Source of the DNA: Phyllobates terribilis
Taxonomy: Eukaryota
Assembly: GCF_046119375.1 (NCBI RefSeq)
Contig: NW_027362769.1
Coordinates: forward strand, 362,390,001 to 362,454,000
Direction: 5' to 3'
Length of the DNA: 64,000 bases
Of this stretch, positions 63,801 through 64,000 are shown in pieces. The position numbers were made by a program, and so were the translations under genes. The number at the start of each line of letters is the position of its first letter. Position 1 is the stretch's first letter. The notes under the pieces were generated by a model. That model did not search any database and had not been told where the DNA came from. It saw only the letters and a program-made list of their open reading frames with translations.

Positions 63801-64000
63801 AAGCTTATCTCTAATTTGCTTACGAAACCTTCCCTCACGTTTGCCATGCCACAAATAGTAGTACAATTAATAAATAATCCAGAGAAAACATCTATTTGGA
63901 AGACAAATGCATTGTATAAAATTTTTAATGAGGAAGTGAATTTGCCTTACCACCCCTTTTTTAAAACTTGGGAGAAAGAACTTAACATTAAAATAGATCT
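60803..64000 (+). pseudogene. L1 ORF2p (APE endonuclease and RT), frameshift near 62950 and TGG>TGA at 63306
   Basis: HNVNGLN, LQETK, NVYVPN, GDFN, SRIDLI, SDHSPV; KSPGPDG, YRPISLLNSD, LDAEKAFDRV, GTRQGCPLSP, LFADD. Confidence 0.92.

Larger units (their letters stand above)
58383..64000 (+). mobile_element. L1 LINE with 5' UTR, ORF1 and ORF2; runs off the window end
   Basis: GGGGGCGTGGCC start, ~980-bp 5' UTR, ORF1, ~335-bp inter-ORF region, and ORF2 with EN and RT. Confidence 0.93.

Overview
Repeat-dense vertebrate genomic DNA. It is most likely from an anuran amphibian, inferred from an 18S rRNA-derived fragment with amphibian-like variants (recalled, not aligned) and from the repeat types. 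From left to right: (1) the edge of an LTR (1-198), then a ~10.4-kb satellite of 52-bp monomers with multi-level higher-order structure (199-10570). (2) A decayed hAT derivative whose transposase codons seeded a 36/39-bp minisatellite (10670-12668), followed by mixed repeats. (3) A decaying replication-dependent histone quintet: 5'-truncated H1, H3 decapitated exactly at a hAT terminal repeat, intact H4, intact H2A, and H2B hidden under a 285-N block, then a second frameshifted H3. Downstream of H2B the U7-binding histone downstream element (HDE) is amplified about 11 times, and downstream of H1 about 3 times. (4) Nested TEs: a TTAA-anchored element containing an L2 LINE, a 135-bp hAT MITE and telomere-like hexamers, then a Penelope element. 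(5) A 9884-bp hAT with a perfect 8-bp TSD and an intact 1226-aa transposase. It carries an 18S rRNA fragment, an L1 fragment, a solo LTR and a dead Tc1. (6) A 3'-truncated Gypsy with a tRNA-Ser PBS. (7) A second, pseudogenised hAT whose 3' repeats contain the 52-bp satellite monomer. (8) A 5'-inverted Penelope and a full-length-type L1 running off the window. Strongest leads: the cargo-loaded hAT with an intact transposase, its 18S capture, the hAT-repeat origin of the satellite, and the HDE arrays. Coordinates fixed by TSD, TIR, start or stop codons were counted by hand; other boundaries are approximate. No database searches were run.
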